A stretch of 63,500 nucleotides of DNA, counting the filler, from Platydemus manokwari (lineage: Eukaryota): NCBI GenBank assembly GCA_037951405.1. It is 6 parts of 6 records of this genome, joined end to end, with 100 filler letters (N's around TTAATTAATTAA, not from the genome) between each part and the next. Parts side by side here need not be neighbours in the genome. Positions count along the whole stretch, not along the records: positions 9,794 to 20,430 come from JBBMOY011117774.1; positions 20,531 to 33,347 come from JBBMOY011959157.1; 4 more parts are not named here. One strand, given 5' to 3'. Below, in pieces: positions 12,178 to 24,700 of this stretch. The notes under the pieces were generated by a model. The model saw nothing but the letters and a program-made list of their open reading frames with translations. It ran no database searches and was not told where the DNA came from. The position numbers were made by a program, and so were the translations under genes. Position 1 is the first letter of the stretch, and the number at the start of each line of letters is the position of its first letter.

Positions 12178-13048
12178 TTGTAGAAACTTGGCTGAATTGA
12201 GATCACAGGTATTCCGACAGGATGTAATTCCATTCTTAACGTTCTAGAGATTCCTTCAGCCGCAAATTTTGAAGCGGTGTATGGTCCAGCAAATGGGGAG
12301 GCAATTATTCCTAAAAATATTATTGATCTACAAATTTATTCAACAAACCGGCAACGCTAGTCACATTTACAATGCGTCCATGTCCTCGCAATAATGAAGC
12401 GAATTGCTGACAAACTCGTATCACTCCATATGCGTTTACGTCCATCACTTTATGCACTTTGTTGATATCTGCGAATTCCAGCATTCTGCAATAGCCAATA
12501 CCAGCATTGTTGACAACAGCATGCAACTCTAGAATTATGTAAATATACTCAAACTTATATTTTACTCATTACTTGTTCCAGTTTTAGATAGATGTTCAAC
12601 AACAATTTGAAAAGCTTCTTCGATCTCCTTTTCATCTGTCACATCCATTTTGATGACCTTTACCATAGGTAGAGATTGTAAATTCTGTGCTCCATCACTA
12701 GATTCATTGAGAACACATGCAAATACAAACAACCCTCTTTTCGCCAATGATTCGGCTAGCATTAAACCCAAACCAGAATCACAACCTTGATTAATATATG
12801 CTCTCTCATTCAAAAATTGAATTAATAGAACTACCGCTAATCAATACACATTTACCGGTAACGGTTAGTTTTGCCATATCTTCTAGTATCAAATTTATCT
12901 CTCTATAACCAATGAAAATGACAATGCCAAGAATTGATCCAATACTCATCGACCACAGAATGGTGATGACCCATGATATTCCCACATAGAAAGTTGTCAC
13001 AATAATTTGGCAAAGAAATACAATAAACACCAACAAAAAAAGATTCAT
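12178..13048 (-). CDS. Membrane-anchored short-chain dehydrogenase/reductase, RDH/17beta-HSD/BDH1-like (exons 13048-12835, 12785-12573, 12528-12349, 12310-12178; 3' end unresolved)
   Basis: Hydrophobic N-terminus; VLISGCDSGLG cofactor motif formed across a 49-bp intron; MDVT, LHAVVNNAG, GRIVNVTSVAG, catalytic YTASK, and VISIQPSFYK. Introns of 49, 44 and 38 bp are all in phase. Confidence 0.92.
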
Positions 13049-16000
13049 TATTTTTAACTCTAATATAGTGGTGAGTGTAACAGTATTTATACCGGTTTTT
13101 CGTTTCTTATTGATAGTCACGAATTCGTGTTATCAGTTAACTATTATGCATAAGTCATTCAATTGTAAATTTATATCGCTATGGTAGACTATAATGTGAA
13201 TGGCATAATCACTTTTGGTACCATACAAAGTTCAGATTCTAATCAATATAATTATATCAATAGACACTCTCCGCTTGGAGTAGAATATTATTTATCATAT
13301 TTAATTATTTAGAAATTATAGAAATTTCGAATTCAAACTGTGAAAACCATTTCATATTGTAATTCCAACATAAAAATAAATTTATTAAAATAATTAACTT
13401 AACCATCAACATAAAACTTAACATAGTCAATATGAAACAACGACACAAAACTTGACTACCAACTGCTAGTTGGGCAGCTTTATATCAGTATTTATACTTG
13501 AGATCTGTGCGTAATTTTTGTATCACGTTTTGATTTGATTTTTTTTTCTTAATTTTCAATTGGATTTATTGATTTTATATACGGAGGTTGGTCAATCCTA
13601 ATGTGTGTATTACTGAGTGGCTGTCCCATTTTCCAATTATAATTTTCCTTTTAATTTTTCAACTGTGATTCTCTGTTTTATATTCCTGTATGTTATAGCG
13701 CTAAATTAAGGGTTCCAATGTGAAAAATCGTTTTTCTTTTACAAGATTTCGTCAACACAAGGATTGGGAGGTAACTGTAAGACATCCAATAAAAAGTATT
13801 GAAGATTGATCTGAGCTTAAACAGCTTCAATTAAATATTAAGTAATACTGAAAATGTTAATTTTATCTTCGTCTTGTAATTATTACCTGGATAGGTGCCA
13901 CACTTCAATTTGAGCCTTGAAATAAGAAAAAAATGGTGATATCGACAAATTTTGTACCTTAATAAATTATGAAAACTCTTTAGTCTTCTTTTCATAAAAT
14001 TTTTCGCAATTTTGTGAGGATGGATGTCATTTGGTGTTTCACTTTTCATGCAATCCCTGTGTAAGCAAAAGTAAAAATATTTAGTGTTTGAATGAGGAAA
14101 CAAACTGAAATTTTAAACCAAGTTTCCATTCTAGTTTGCGACATTGCCATTTATATGATCCTTTTAATTTGCAATACTTCAAAGTTATCCGTTATAAATC
14201 GATTTACTAAACTTCCGGCATATTTAATGATATAATTTTAGTAAGTCTTATAAAATAATTATTAAAATTCTAATGTTATAGGAAAAATTTCTAACCAGTC
14301 TCAATTTGGAATTTGACCTACTTTGACCTGTTTTTCAAATAATTATTTTCTGATAGTTTTAAAGCTCTTTTCATCTCCTTTTTGATTTCAAACAAATTAA
14401 ATTATTTTTTCTTACATAAACCGAAAATCCAAAATGTTATAAATGAACATTTTTAACTAAACGATATAATTTTTTCTAATATTCAAAAAATTTTAAATTT
14501 TATTTTCAGACATCGGCTGAAGTTAAGAAAAGGGGTTCTTTAACCTATTTTCTTAATAATGAATTTTCGCATATCAAGTAATTTTATAATTTATTTCAAA
14601 TATAATTTTCTCAGATTTTATATAAATATTAATTTTTATAAATAATTTAAATTTTAGATCAAAATTATTCGAACCTGTTATTCTTGGTACCATGTTTTCT
14701 AAATTTCTAGGTTAATAAAGAATTTCAAATGATGAACAGCATCATGCGACAACCAAAATTTGAAAGGCGTCTACGAGACCTTCACTGAAACTTGGTAATG
14801 GAAAAAAAAATCAATCCGACCTCACATATAATAAATTAAGGACGAAGTAATACTTAAAATCGAAATTTATATTTATATTGAATTTTTTCCTCTTTGATTG
14901 CATCACATCAGCTTTGAAACAAAAGAAAACATCAGCAAATCAGAAATAATATTAATATTTTTGAACAATATTTATTTTCTTTGATTAGGTTTTTTAACCA
15001 TTTTATGATTTTTAATTTATTCTTATAGTTCAGTTTATAGTTCACTTTTAGTATGTCGAATATGAACAAAAGAAATTGTTAAATCAAGATCCTATTCTAA
15101 TCACTTCTATATAATTTTCAGATTTTGTAAATTTCGAATTTTTTAATTATAAAACGTAATAGTAATTTCCTGATATGTTCAATAATGAATTATATGACTT
15201 GTCTTTATCAAATAGTTGTAAAAATTTAGAGTATATCTTAATTTGTTTCTAATGTTAAAAAGGGATCCATGCACATTTTAACAAATTGTATTTTGACTTA
15301 CTGCGACTTGTCCTTTAAATAATCAAATTTTTAAATATTTTTAAGTTCTTATGTATTTAATAAATCATGTCAAACAATTAAAATTCTTCTAAAGTACTTC
15401 AATAAAAATTCAAAATGTTTTTTAATAATATAGTTAAATAAACTACATATATTTGCGTGATACACTCAATAAATTAAAAATTTTATTTTACGACTCTTTT
15501 TTTTAAACTTTAGCCATGATTTGTCTTAACTTGACATGTTTTATTTCTATTAACACAATTCATTTAAATTTCTTATTTTTAGACAATTTTTTATTAAGAA
15601 TTAAAGGCATTAACGTCAATTATAAATTAAAATCCAAATTAAAAAGATACAATAATTTCATAACAAGCGAACTCTAAGTTGATAGACCACGTTTGATTGA
15701 CACGGTTTATTAATTTAAAATTAAACTAATATAATGGCAAATTCACAAAACAAAACCCAATCTTCGGATAATATATTCCTGATAAGGTTAGTTCAAAACT
15801 TGATTATATGTGATTTTCTGATTTTCTAAACTTTTTATAATAAGAACGTTCTTATTATTTAAAATAAAAAATAAAATATTAAACATTTTGATTCCAGGAA
15901 AACTCGGGTAATGTCACTTGATCTGATCCAGAAATATTTTATTTTATTGATATTTTTATGAATTTAAGGTAAAATAATTTGGTATTTTATCGTTATGTTC

Positions 16001-19000
16001 AGTTTCTTTAAAACTATTCTTATTTTAGAAAGTACTGGATTGGTAACTAAATTCCCGCCGCTTTTTAAAAATTTTTATTATAAATAATAATAAACAAAAT
16101 AATTAGTAACTTAATTAATGTATTCATTTTATTTATTATTTATTTATAATGTATTATTAATAATTAATAAAGCTAAATTTAAAATTAATACTAAAAATCA
16201 TTTTAATATTATAAATTTTAATATGTTCTCCGAAGGTTTTCAAGACGATATTTTGAGGAAGTTGTCGATTTTTTTATTGAAAATAAAATTTCAGTGTGGA
16301 AATTTTAAATATTAAAAAATAATTTTATTATTCTCCTGCTTTATCTCCCCATAAATTTTCTTTGATAATGTTGTCATCTTATTCGATTTTCAAAATTATA
16401 TATCTTCATTAATATTGAAAATAAGCAAGTATATTTTAAAGATTCTTTTAAATAAAATAAGACTGATTGTGTAAGCTCAAGATCACCAAAAGTATTCTTT
16501 GTAAAAATTAGTTTCACAAGCTAGATTGATAGATATTTTTGTGGCATTATATTATCTACTAAAACTCAGAAGAAATATCTGAATTCAAAGAAAATGAATT
16601 CACTACTGCAATAAGGCTTTAAGGCTTTTCTCGCAACTCTGATTGGCACTTTTGTCGGATTATATTTTCAAAAAACTGTCAATAAAATCAAGTTCAAGCC
16701 GTATCGACTTAGATGTCATAAAATCATTGAGTTATGCATTAGGTCATTATGATGAGTTGAAAGATTTTCAAGAGCTGAATGCCTTCTGAACAAATTCGCC
16801 AGTGTTGCATAGAAATAATACAATAAAATATTGTTCATTTTCACATTGAGATAATATAAGATTGACAAAATTCAAATGGACATATTGGATTAACAGAGTG
16901 ATCTTGTACATAATAATAGAACAAGGGGTCAATTAATTAATTATTTTATTTATGCGGTTTCTTTCAATCTTCTGTGCTATACCAGCTACTTTCAAATACA
17001 CATTTATTTTATCAGTAACTATTTCTTTTCCATATATTTTCCTGTCGAAAATAAGCTTTTCTGATAATTTCTTCACAATACTTAAAGTTTTTAAATCTTT
17101 TAATTATTTTTACAATTTTTTAACTGTTTTCGTTGTTTTTTCTAAAAGGAAAATACTTAAATTTCTATTCGATAGCACCAATATTTCTGTGTCATACATT
17201 CTTCGATGTGTTATTTGAATTGGCTTGATATTCTGAAATCAATCATAAAATATCATTGATTTTCTTATATTTATTTTGAAATTTATCGGAAAAAACTAAC
17301 TATATAAAATTTTTCGATTGATTAAAACAAAAATCTTTTAATAATTTATTTATAATTTAAAATCAAGGACTTTTTCCTGTCGAATCTTATTTAGAGTTTA
17401 AAAAAATGAAATTATAGTTAAAATCAATAATTAACAAATTTATCGATGTGTTGATTTTGGGGGTCTTTCGTTATTTTGATTTATATTTGACTTTTACTTC
17501 CTTTGTCAAAATCTGAATCTTATTAGGACTCTGGAGTTTTAACCGCTCACAGGTAATAACAAAACATAATATTATGTTGTTCTGTCGTCTCTATCAACTC
17601 TAATCCATTTATTAAGACGGGATGAGTGGCTCTAGAGTTTGCTTTAATGATTTTATAACTATTTATTAAACTTTCAATTTCTATTTGTCTCGATTGCACC
17701 TTCAAAAAGGTAATCAATTGATAATGAATATGATATTATTTTACAAATGAAATGAATCCTTTGGTACTTGTCAACTCTCGCATCAAAACGAGCTTTCCTT
17801 TAAATACATCTTTACTGATATAAATTACTCTAATCATGCTCTTATTAGCAATAATTTCATAAATTACTACTTGAATACACGTAAACGGCAAGGGTTATTA
17901 CTACAACTTCTGGGAAAAGCTAATGGCTAATGAACTGAAAAGAGGAATACAAAATGTGTTCAAGATGGTTGTGATTAATAGCGAGATAAATAAGGAGAAC
18001 ATACTAATATTCTAACTAAACGATGATTTTACAATCGAACTAATTCTTAAGTATCTAATCGATTGATCCTAGAACAAACCATATCGTTATTAAATTGATT
18101 TTCCAGTAAATACCGCGCATATAATTGTTGATGGCACTGGGAGAATCTGGCTGATGTTAAGGAATTAGCAAATTGGTTTCAAATAGGGCAAGGCTACTGA
18201 TGCTGAAAGCCTATTTATACTGATATTTATTTGGAGTGAATTTTCAATAAAATACGGGTTTATTATTTAAACACAACAGAGTTTTCTAATTTAAACCGGG
18301 TTATTATTCTTAATATAGGGGATTCTATTGAACGGAAATCGCTATTGATATTTTTAACAATGAGCTTTCATTCTCGGATATATTTCATTGAAAATTATTT
18401 CTGTTGCCGAACCAGACATAAACGCCGGTATTTTAATATTCTATTTGTGAGGCTTAAAATTTAAAAAAGATTAAGATTAATAATTTTAAAAAAATATTTT
18501 AAAATGATTACATTGAAAATATTTTATATTTGTATTCATTAAATGGTCTTGCTCAAAACATAATTGTAATCTTTCAATTTGTTAAAAAAAATGAAAAAAT
18601 AGTAAAAATCATTTTATATAAAAATTATTTTAAAAGTAATTTTTTATACAAATTTAAAAATTACCATGTTGAAAATGTTGAGAATGTGGAAAATAATGGA
18701 ATATTTGTTTAAAATGGATGTATTTTAAAAATGAATTATTTGTGTGATGAAATTATGTTTTCTGAATTAAATATGAAAAATGAAGACGTGTTAGCAACTA
18801 ACACTATTCATTGAATTATTTTATGAATTGAATATTTTATTTGTTTTGTTAAATGACTGTCAATTATCTTTATTTATTGACTGGTGATTTTAATATTTAA
18901 TGCGGGTTAATATTTTGTCATTAAGGGTTAAGTTGGTTTTTTCCTACCATTTATATTTAACAACTAATTATTATAATTATCATGATTATTTTAATTCTTT

Positions 19001-20357
19001 TTATAAATTAATCATATAAGAGCTTTTTCCGGAGAAATAAAACAATAATAAAACCCTTTTACAACGTATTCATAAATGCCGAGGTTGGATTTTGTACATA
19101 ATATCAAAATTAGAGATAAAAATTTGCCTGGAAACAAAATTAATGTCTCTAAGGAGTCAATTTCTCCAAATCCTGGAACTGTTCAAAGGTTAAAATAATT
19201 TTATCAAACATTATACATATAGAATTTAATTTGAAATATTTTTGTCAATTAGTTCGAATTATTTTTTAAAAAGAAGGTCCAAAATAATTCTGGAAAAAAA
19301 GAAATCACAATAATTCCTTTTCCTTCATATTTAATTAGTCTTTCCTTCACGAATTAAATTTAACAATTATCGTTCAGGTTTTCTACATTTCTTATAGAAG
19401 AGAAAAAGTGGATAAAATATTTAAAATATAAGTGCTTGTTATATATGAGATTTTAAGCTGCATGTGTTCGAATTCTTTCTTCGAATTTCTATAAATCTGT
19501 TTCTTCCATGATCGGACTTTCTTTTAATCGAGTAGTTTGTATGTCATTTAGAACAATATTAACACTCAGTTGCATATGTGGTCGATAAACTTACGAATAT
19601 GATTTTGATCAACAATTTAGAACAGAAGAAAACCACTGTAACCCAGATATTTTACCAAGGATTGTTCAAGCATCACCATTTTGACAGCGTAAAAATAATC
19701 TTACAAACTAAAGCAATAAAAACAGACTAGAAGTAACATCAGGACTTGAAATCTGGAACAGACATTTTCTAAGAATCCTGGAAGAATGACAGTAGGACAA
19801 GGTAATAAAATCAATCATAAACGTTTTGGAATTTAATTCCTCAATTGATGGTAATTTTTGAAATCGAATAAAATGGCATGCTTTTATTTGACAGAAACAA
19901 TATCTGTGTAAATAAATAATAATATATGTAGGCATTATCGAGAAACACTTTAATGAAAACTTGAGAATAAGAGCAATCAAGATCGCGATGATAAACAACG
20001 ATGGAAGAGAAGACAGAATTTCCAGATGAAAAAAGTATTGGTAGGAAAAAATCTTCCAAAAAGACTGAAAGGTGATTTGAGTGACTGCCATCCAAAAAAG
20101 GTGATTAATGTTTGAGAGTTCCAAGAATATATTAATATTTAATTATTTCAATTTCTCTTTAATTCTTAAAAATTTGTAATAATTGAGATGACAAAAAAAT
20201 AAACAAAAAAGTGTTAAAAATGAAATATACCATTGAAATCTAAAGTTGAGAGACATTGAGATTTTCAAAACTTTAATTTTATAGGATTTATAATGTTGGG
20301 GACAATAATAAATGAGTAATAAGCAAAATAATATAATAATATATAATAATAAGCAGC

Positions 20358-20430
<73 letters not shown>
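20358..20430. repeat. (AAT)n microsatellite at contig end
   Basis: Perfect AAT run of about 24 units running into the gap. Confidence 0.97.
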
Positions 20431-20530
20431 NNNNNNNNNNNNNNNNNNNNNNNNNNNNNNNNNNNNNNNNNNNNTTAATTAATTAANNNNNNNNNNNNNN
20501 NNNNNNNNNNNNNNNNNNNNNNNNNNNNNN
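20431..20530. other. Artificial contig spacer N44-TTAATTAATTAA-N44
   Basis: Identical 100-nt spacer. Confidence 0.99.
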
Positions 20531-20601
20531 TTTTGTTTTGTTTGTGTTTTGTTTTTTTTTGTTTAGCGAAAAAACCGGAAAGGAATTACCGACACACCTG
20601 G
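20531..20601. mobile_element. Mariner-type terminal inverted repeat at contig start
   Basis: Reverse complement reads TA-CCAGGTGTGTCGGTAATTCCTTTCCGGTTTTT. The CCAGGTGT start resembles Mos1-type TIRs, with a flanking TA. Confidence 0.65.
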
Positions 20602-20952
20602 TATTATAATTTCAAAAAATTTACTATAGCATGTTTTATATTGAAATAGGCACATCAAATGAGGTGATCAAAAAGTACATGATTTTCTCCAGATAAAGAT
20701 GGAACACATACAACTCAAACAATACATAATTTTTATGTTATAATTTTAATCGAACATAAACGTATAAAATATCTTTTATTCTATTGGGATTCTAAATAAT
20801 TTATTTACTCGCGAATTATTTTATTACTGAGCTGATAAAACAAATTTCAATATTTTCTAAAAGAAAATTTTTTTATTAAAATCATAATTTGATAGTTTTG
20901 ATGGTGTTGATTATTTATTACAAATAGTATTATAAATTCTAAATAATCTGTC

Positions 20953-21030
20953 ATTTCATTAGCTCATATCAAGTTCTTCCTTTTAATTTCATTAGCTCAT
21001 ACCAAGTTCTTCCTTTTAATTTCATTAGCT
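20953..21030. repeat. 33-bp tandem repeat, about 2.4 copies
   Basis: ATTTCATTAGCTCATA(T/C)CAAGTTCTTCCTTTTA twice, then ATTTCATTAGCT. Confidence 0.9.
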
Positions 21031-21074
21031 ATGATAATGTGATAAGGTAATTGATAATCAAAATACAAATTATA

Positions 21075-21310
21075 AACATCCAAGAGGTGGTGGTGATTGA
21101 TAATAAAACAGTCATGGATTTCCATTGATCAGTAAGTTGAAATAAATTTTTAGATAGGTGACATGTAGAAGGACCAAGAAACGCACTTATGGATGGAATA
21201 GAAATGTTGAATAAGCCAATCCTTAAAAACTCAGTACCAGGGCTGCGAGGTCGGTGATGGATAAATTTAGTAAGAGAATTCGGAACGACTGCGTAGCAAC
21301 ATTCAATTTT
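21075..21310 (-). pseudogene. Rhodopsin-class GPCR-like fragment (TM2-ECL1-TM3), frameshifted
   Basis: One frame gives SFRILLLNLSITDLAALVLSF (TM2-like NLxxxD). After a 1-nt shift in a T run it continues LRIGLFNISIPSISAFLGPSTCHLSKNLFQLTDQWKSMTVLLSI (ECL1 FLG..C, then TM3-like). No D/ERY motif follows. Confidence 0.4.
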
Positions 21311-21711
21311 TTTCATTGTTTCATTCAAGTGTAAATAATTTTTGAAATTATTTAATCGTTACCAAAGTTATTAAAATCTTAATAAAGTTGAGATTATGAT
21401 AAATAATATAGTTCAAATGATAATTTACTGTAAATAGTTTCAAATGCTCACTTGTTTTCAATAAATCAATTTTAAGAAATTATCTATAAATGAACTCGAA
21501 AAGATCTGAATTATGTAAATATTTTAGATTATGAAAGGTATTTTTTTTTAATTTATCGTATTATGAGATAAATATTGGAGCGGAACTCATGTTTATCTCG
21601 GTTCAAATCCTCACCATTTCTCAGAACCCTTTCAGAAATTATGGAAGTATATCAATAAAATTGAAGCTAACATATTTAATTATTTTTTGAAAAATACAAT
21701 TTTTAACTTAC

Positions 21712-24700
21712 AGATTCCATTGGCTTGATATTTTCCACTAACCAAACATTCATTTCCAGTCTTTCTGACAGTGCCTTCAATTCTGTTTCAATAATGAATC
21801 GATCTCCAATCAGAGCATTGTAATCCAATTCTAGCTGTGCACATTCTGATTTAAGTTTTTCAATTTCTTCGTCACTCAAATTCAAAGTTAAATAATCGTA
21901 GTTGCTAATCTCAGTATCCTGAATTACGATTTAATAATTATTGGTTGGTGAATTAATTAAAAAGCAAACTTTAGTCAAATTTTCTGAAGTTGTTTCAGAT
22001 TCCTCAATTTCAATTTCCAATTCATGTATTTTCTGTAATGCTTGTCTAAGTGGTTCACATTTCTCAGTATATTCTACGAGTGCAACGGTATATTGGACAA
22101 GCAGTGCTGCATCTTCACTTGCGAATTTTGTAGCTGCCAGAGATATAGCTCTGGAGCTAGAGTTGTCGGGTTCAATTGGCTGGGCAATCGAAGGTTTTTG
22201 TTTTTTCGCTTTGATGTTAACATCTTGATAAAAATAACGGATAAATAAATCCAAGTTAATCAATTTTTGGTATAAATTTCACATTATAATTAAATTACTC
22301 AAAAGAACGTATGCGATATAAATAAGAAGAATGAGAATTTTCAATCAAATAACGATTTAAAAGCCAGACAATGATAAGCTTTCACTGTTACGCAAATTTT
22401 TAATAAAAAATTCTTCCAACTTTTATAGCCTCAGAAGTATGAGATAACATTTATATATTTTAGAAGTTTATTTTTTAATTTAATTATTTCTGACAAATAA
22501 ATAGTGTACTCAAATTTTTGAGTAAAGACTTACTAATATTTATTAAAATTAACACCATAATTATCAAAAGATGTACAGATTAAAATCGACATAATATTAA
22601 AGAAACACTACCAAATATATGATACACCAAAACTAATTATTCTAATTATAATAATTATCTGATTATTCCAGATTTATCACTGACATAATTATTTCAAAAT
22701 TGTTATATAAAAATTTAATTAAAGAAACTAAATATAATACTTTCAGCCTGATTTAAAAGAGTGCCTTCACCGGTAACTCCTTGATCTCTTCCTTTAGAAG
22801 TCGCTAGATATGATTTCACGCCTGATTATGAAAATAATTTTATTTCTTGATCACATGGAAAATTTCCCTACCGATATAAACATCCTTGTCAAGACCATCA
22901 GTCCATGAGACATTGTGAATGATATCAACAAATTTTGCAGGGTCGGCCATAAATTGTTGCATCCTTTTCCAGTGTGATTTCATTGTTGATTTCTAGTTCA
23001 AGTTAAGAATTCATTATTTTATTAATAGATACTTGTAAATATAAAAAACAAAATATTTGGAATTGTATTTAACCTTTTATTAACCAATAGAAAAACAAGA
23101 ATGACAATTTAATAAAATACAATTTTAAATTGAATTTATTTCACACAGTTTTGTTTCATGGGATTCATATTTCGTCCAAATTTTTAGATGAATTGTTTTA
23201 TAAGTGTTAGTCAAAACATTTTGGTGCATTTTTGAAATTAAAACATTCTGATTATTTTTGTAATAAATATATTCCAGTGCTACTTTTTTCTTAATTTTAA
23301 GTGAATTTTTCCGATTTTCTGATATTATTTTAATGATGATCTAATTAGGAGAAAAGACGATATTCAAAAATGTCATTTTTGTTGGGTTATATCAAAACTT
23401 TTCCTTATCAAATCTATTGCAACTCAGCACTCTGACTCAAAAATTAACAACAAGAAAATCAATATAGCAAATTTCCATTCTTTCATCGTCTTTAAGTGGT
23501 AATAGGCCATCTTTGCGTAGTCATTTATATTTAGAGTTTGTATTTTATGGGATAAAATTTTATTCGATAATCTATTTTTACACGTTCAATTGAGTCTATC
23601 GAATTTTCATGATTGGGATTGGTTAGTTCTGGTTCGTGTGTTTCTGTGTAGTCATGTCCTTTACCTAATTAAAATCTTTAATCTATGTTGTCTCTAATTG
23701 GTTGGTAGATGGGTGTAAGTATGAAAACAGTAGTTAAAATATGCTAAAGGTGTAATTCGAAGCTCAACATATTTTTATTCGAAATATTTCAAAAAATAAT
23801 TAAATAAAATTCATTGAAATAACCTCATCATTAATATCATCATCTTCAATATTTGAATCCCTTCTTGAATTTATTGATTGCTTCCCAATTAATATTAATA
23901 TCATCTCGATAACCTGAAAATCACGATTCATTAAACAGTAGTATAAACATTTCAATAATCCATTACGTCCATAACAAGTGCTGGTGGATTTTGAAAGGAT
24001 TTTATTCGATCAATAACTTGTCTATCAATTTTGTTTTTCCAATATCCAACTTGTTCTTTTGCATATTCCAAATCCTTTTGTAAAGCTACATATTCCTTCC
24101 TTGTTTTTTCCAATGTTTCTTTAATGATATTCTAATTAAAGATAATTACAAAACCATCAATGCGACTGGGTAGCGAACTTTTCTATTTTTTAGACTTTCT
24201 TCACGAATTGTTTCAAATTCGATATCCAATTGATCCTTCTCTGTTTCAATCAATAATGGATCTTTTTGTAATTCTGTAATTTGCATAGTGGCCGTTTTAA
24301 TAAGTAGATCATTAAGGTAACCCTTGTCTGCTTTTTTGGCCAAAATAACTCTGAGTAATGTTACCTGCAAAGAGAAATTCAAAACCTTTTATTTTTCCAA
24401 CGAAAGTCACAAAGGATTTTTTATGTACAGTAAATAACAAGAATATTGTTTGCATTGTTTTGAAGAAAGATGAATTCAAAGGTGATTTGTTATAATTTAG
24501 TACACCATTTAGTAAAATACATTTAACAAGATACAACATAAAATTAATTTGAGTCCTGATATAAAAATAAACATTTACACAGGAAATACTTTGATTCATG
24601 CGACTTTGTTCTCAGATAAATAAACTGAAAGACCGTTTAACTATATTTAAGATAAAATATCGAGAAATATTTCTGGATTGCAACAGAAATTTAAATGAAT

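Noticed and set aside
16600-16810. Possible hAT/Buster C-terminal relic on the minus strand (...RVARKALK...)
   Set aside because: The similarity is too weak to support by eye.
19560-20130. Hydrophobic ORFs 19708-20124 and 19841-20095
   Set aside because: Shadows of an A-rich, stop-ridden plus-strand stretch that is probably TE-derived; no family motif.
21941-22248. Plus-strand ORFs overlapping dynein exons; likewise 47923-48198, 50262-50483, 51012-51512 over MAGI and 53095-53696 over mariner
   Set aside because: Antisense or alternative-frame by-products of the real coding exons.
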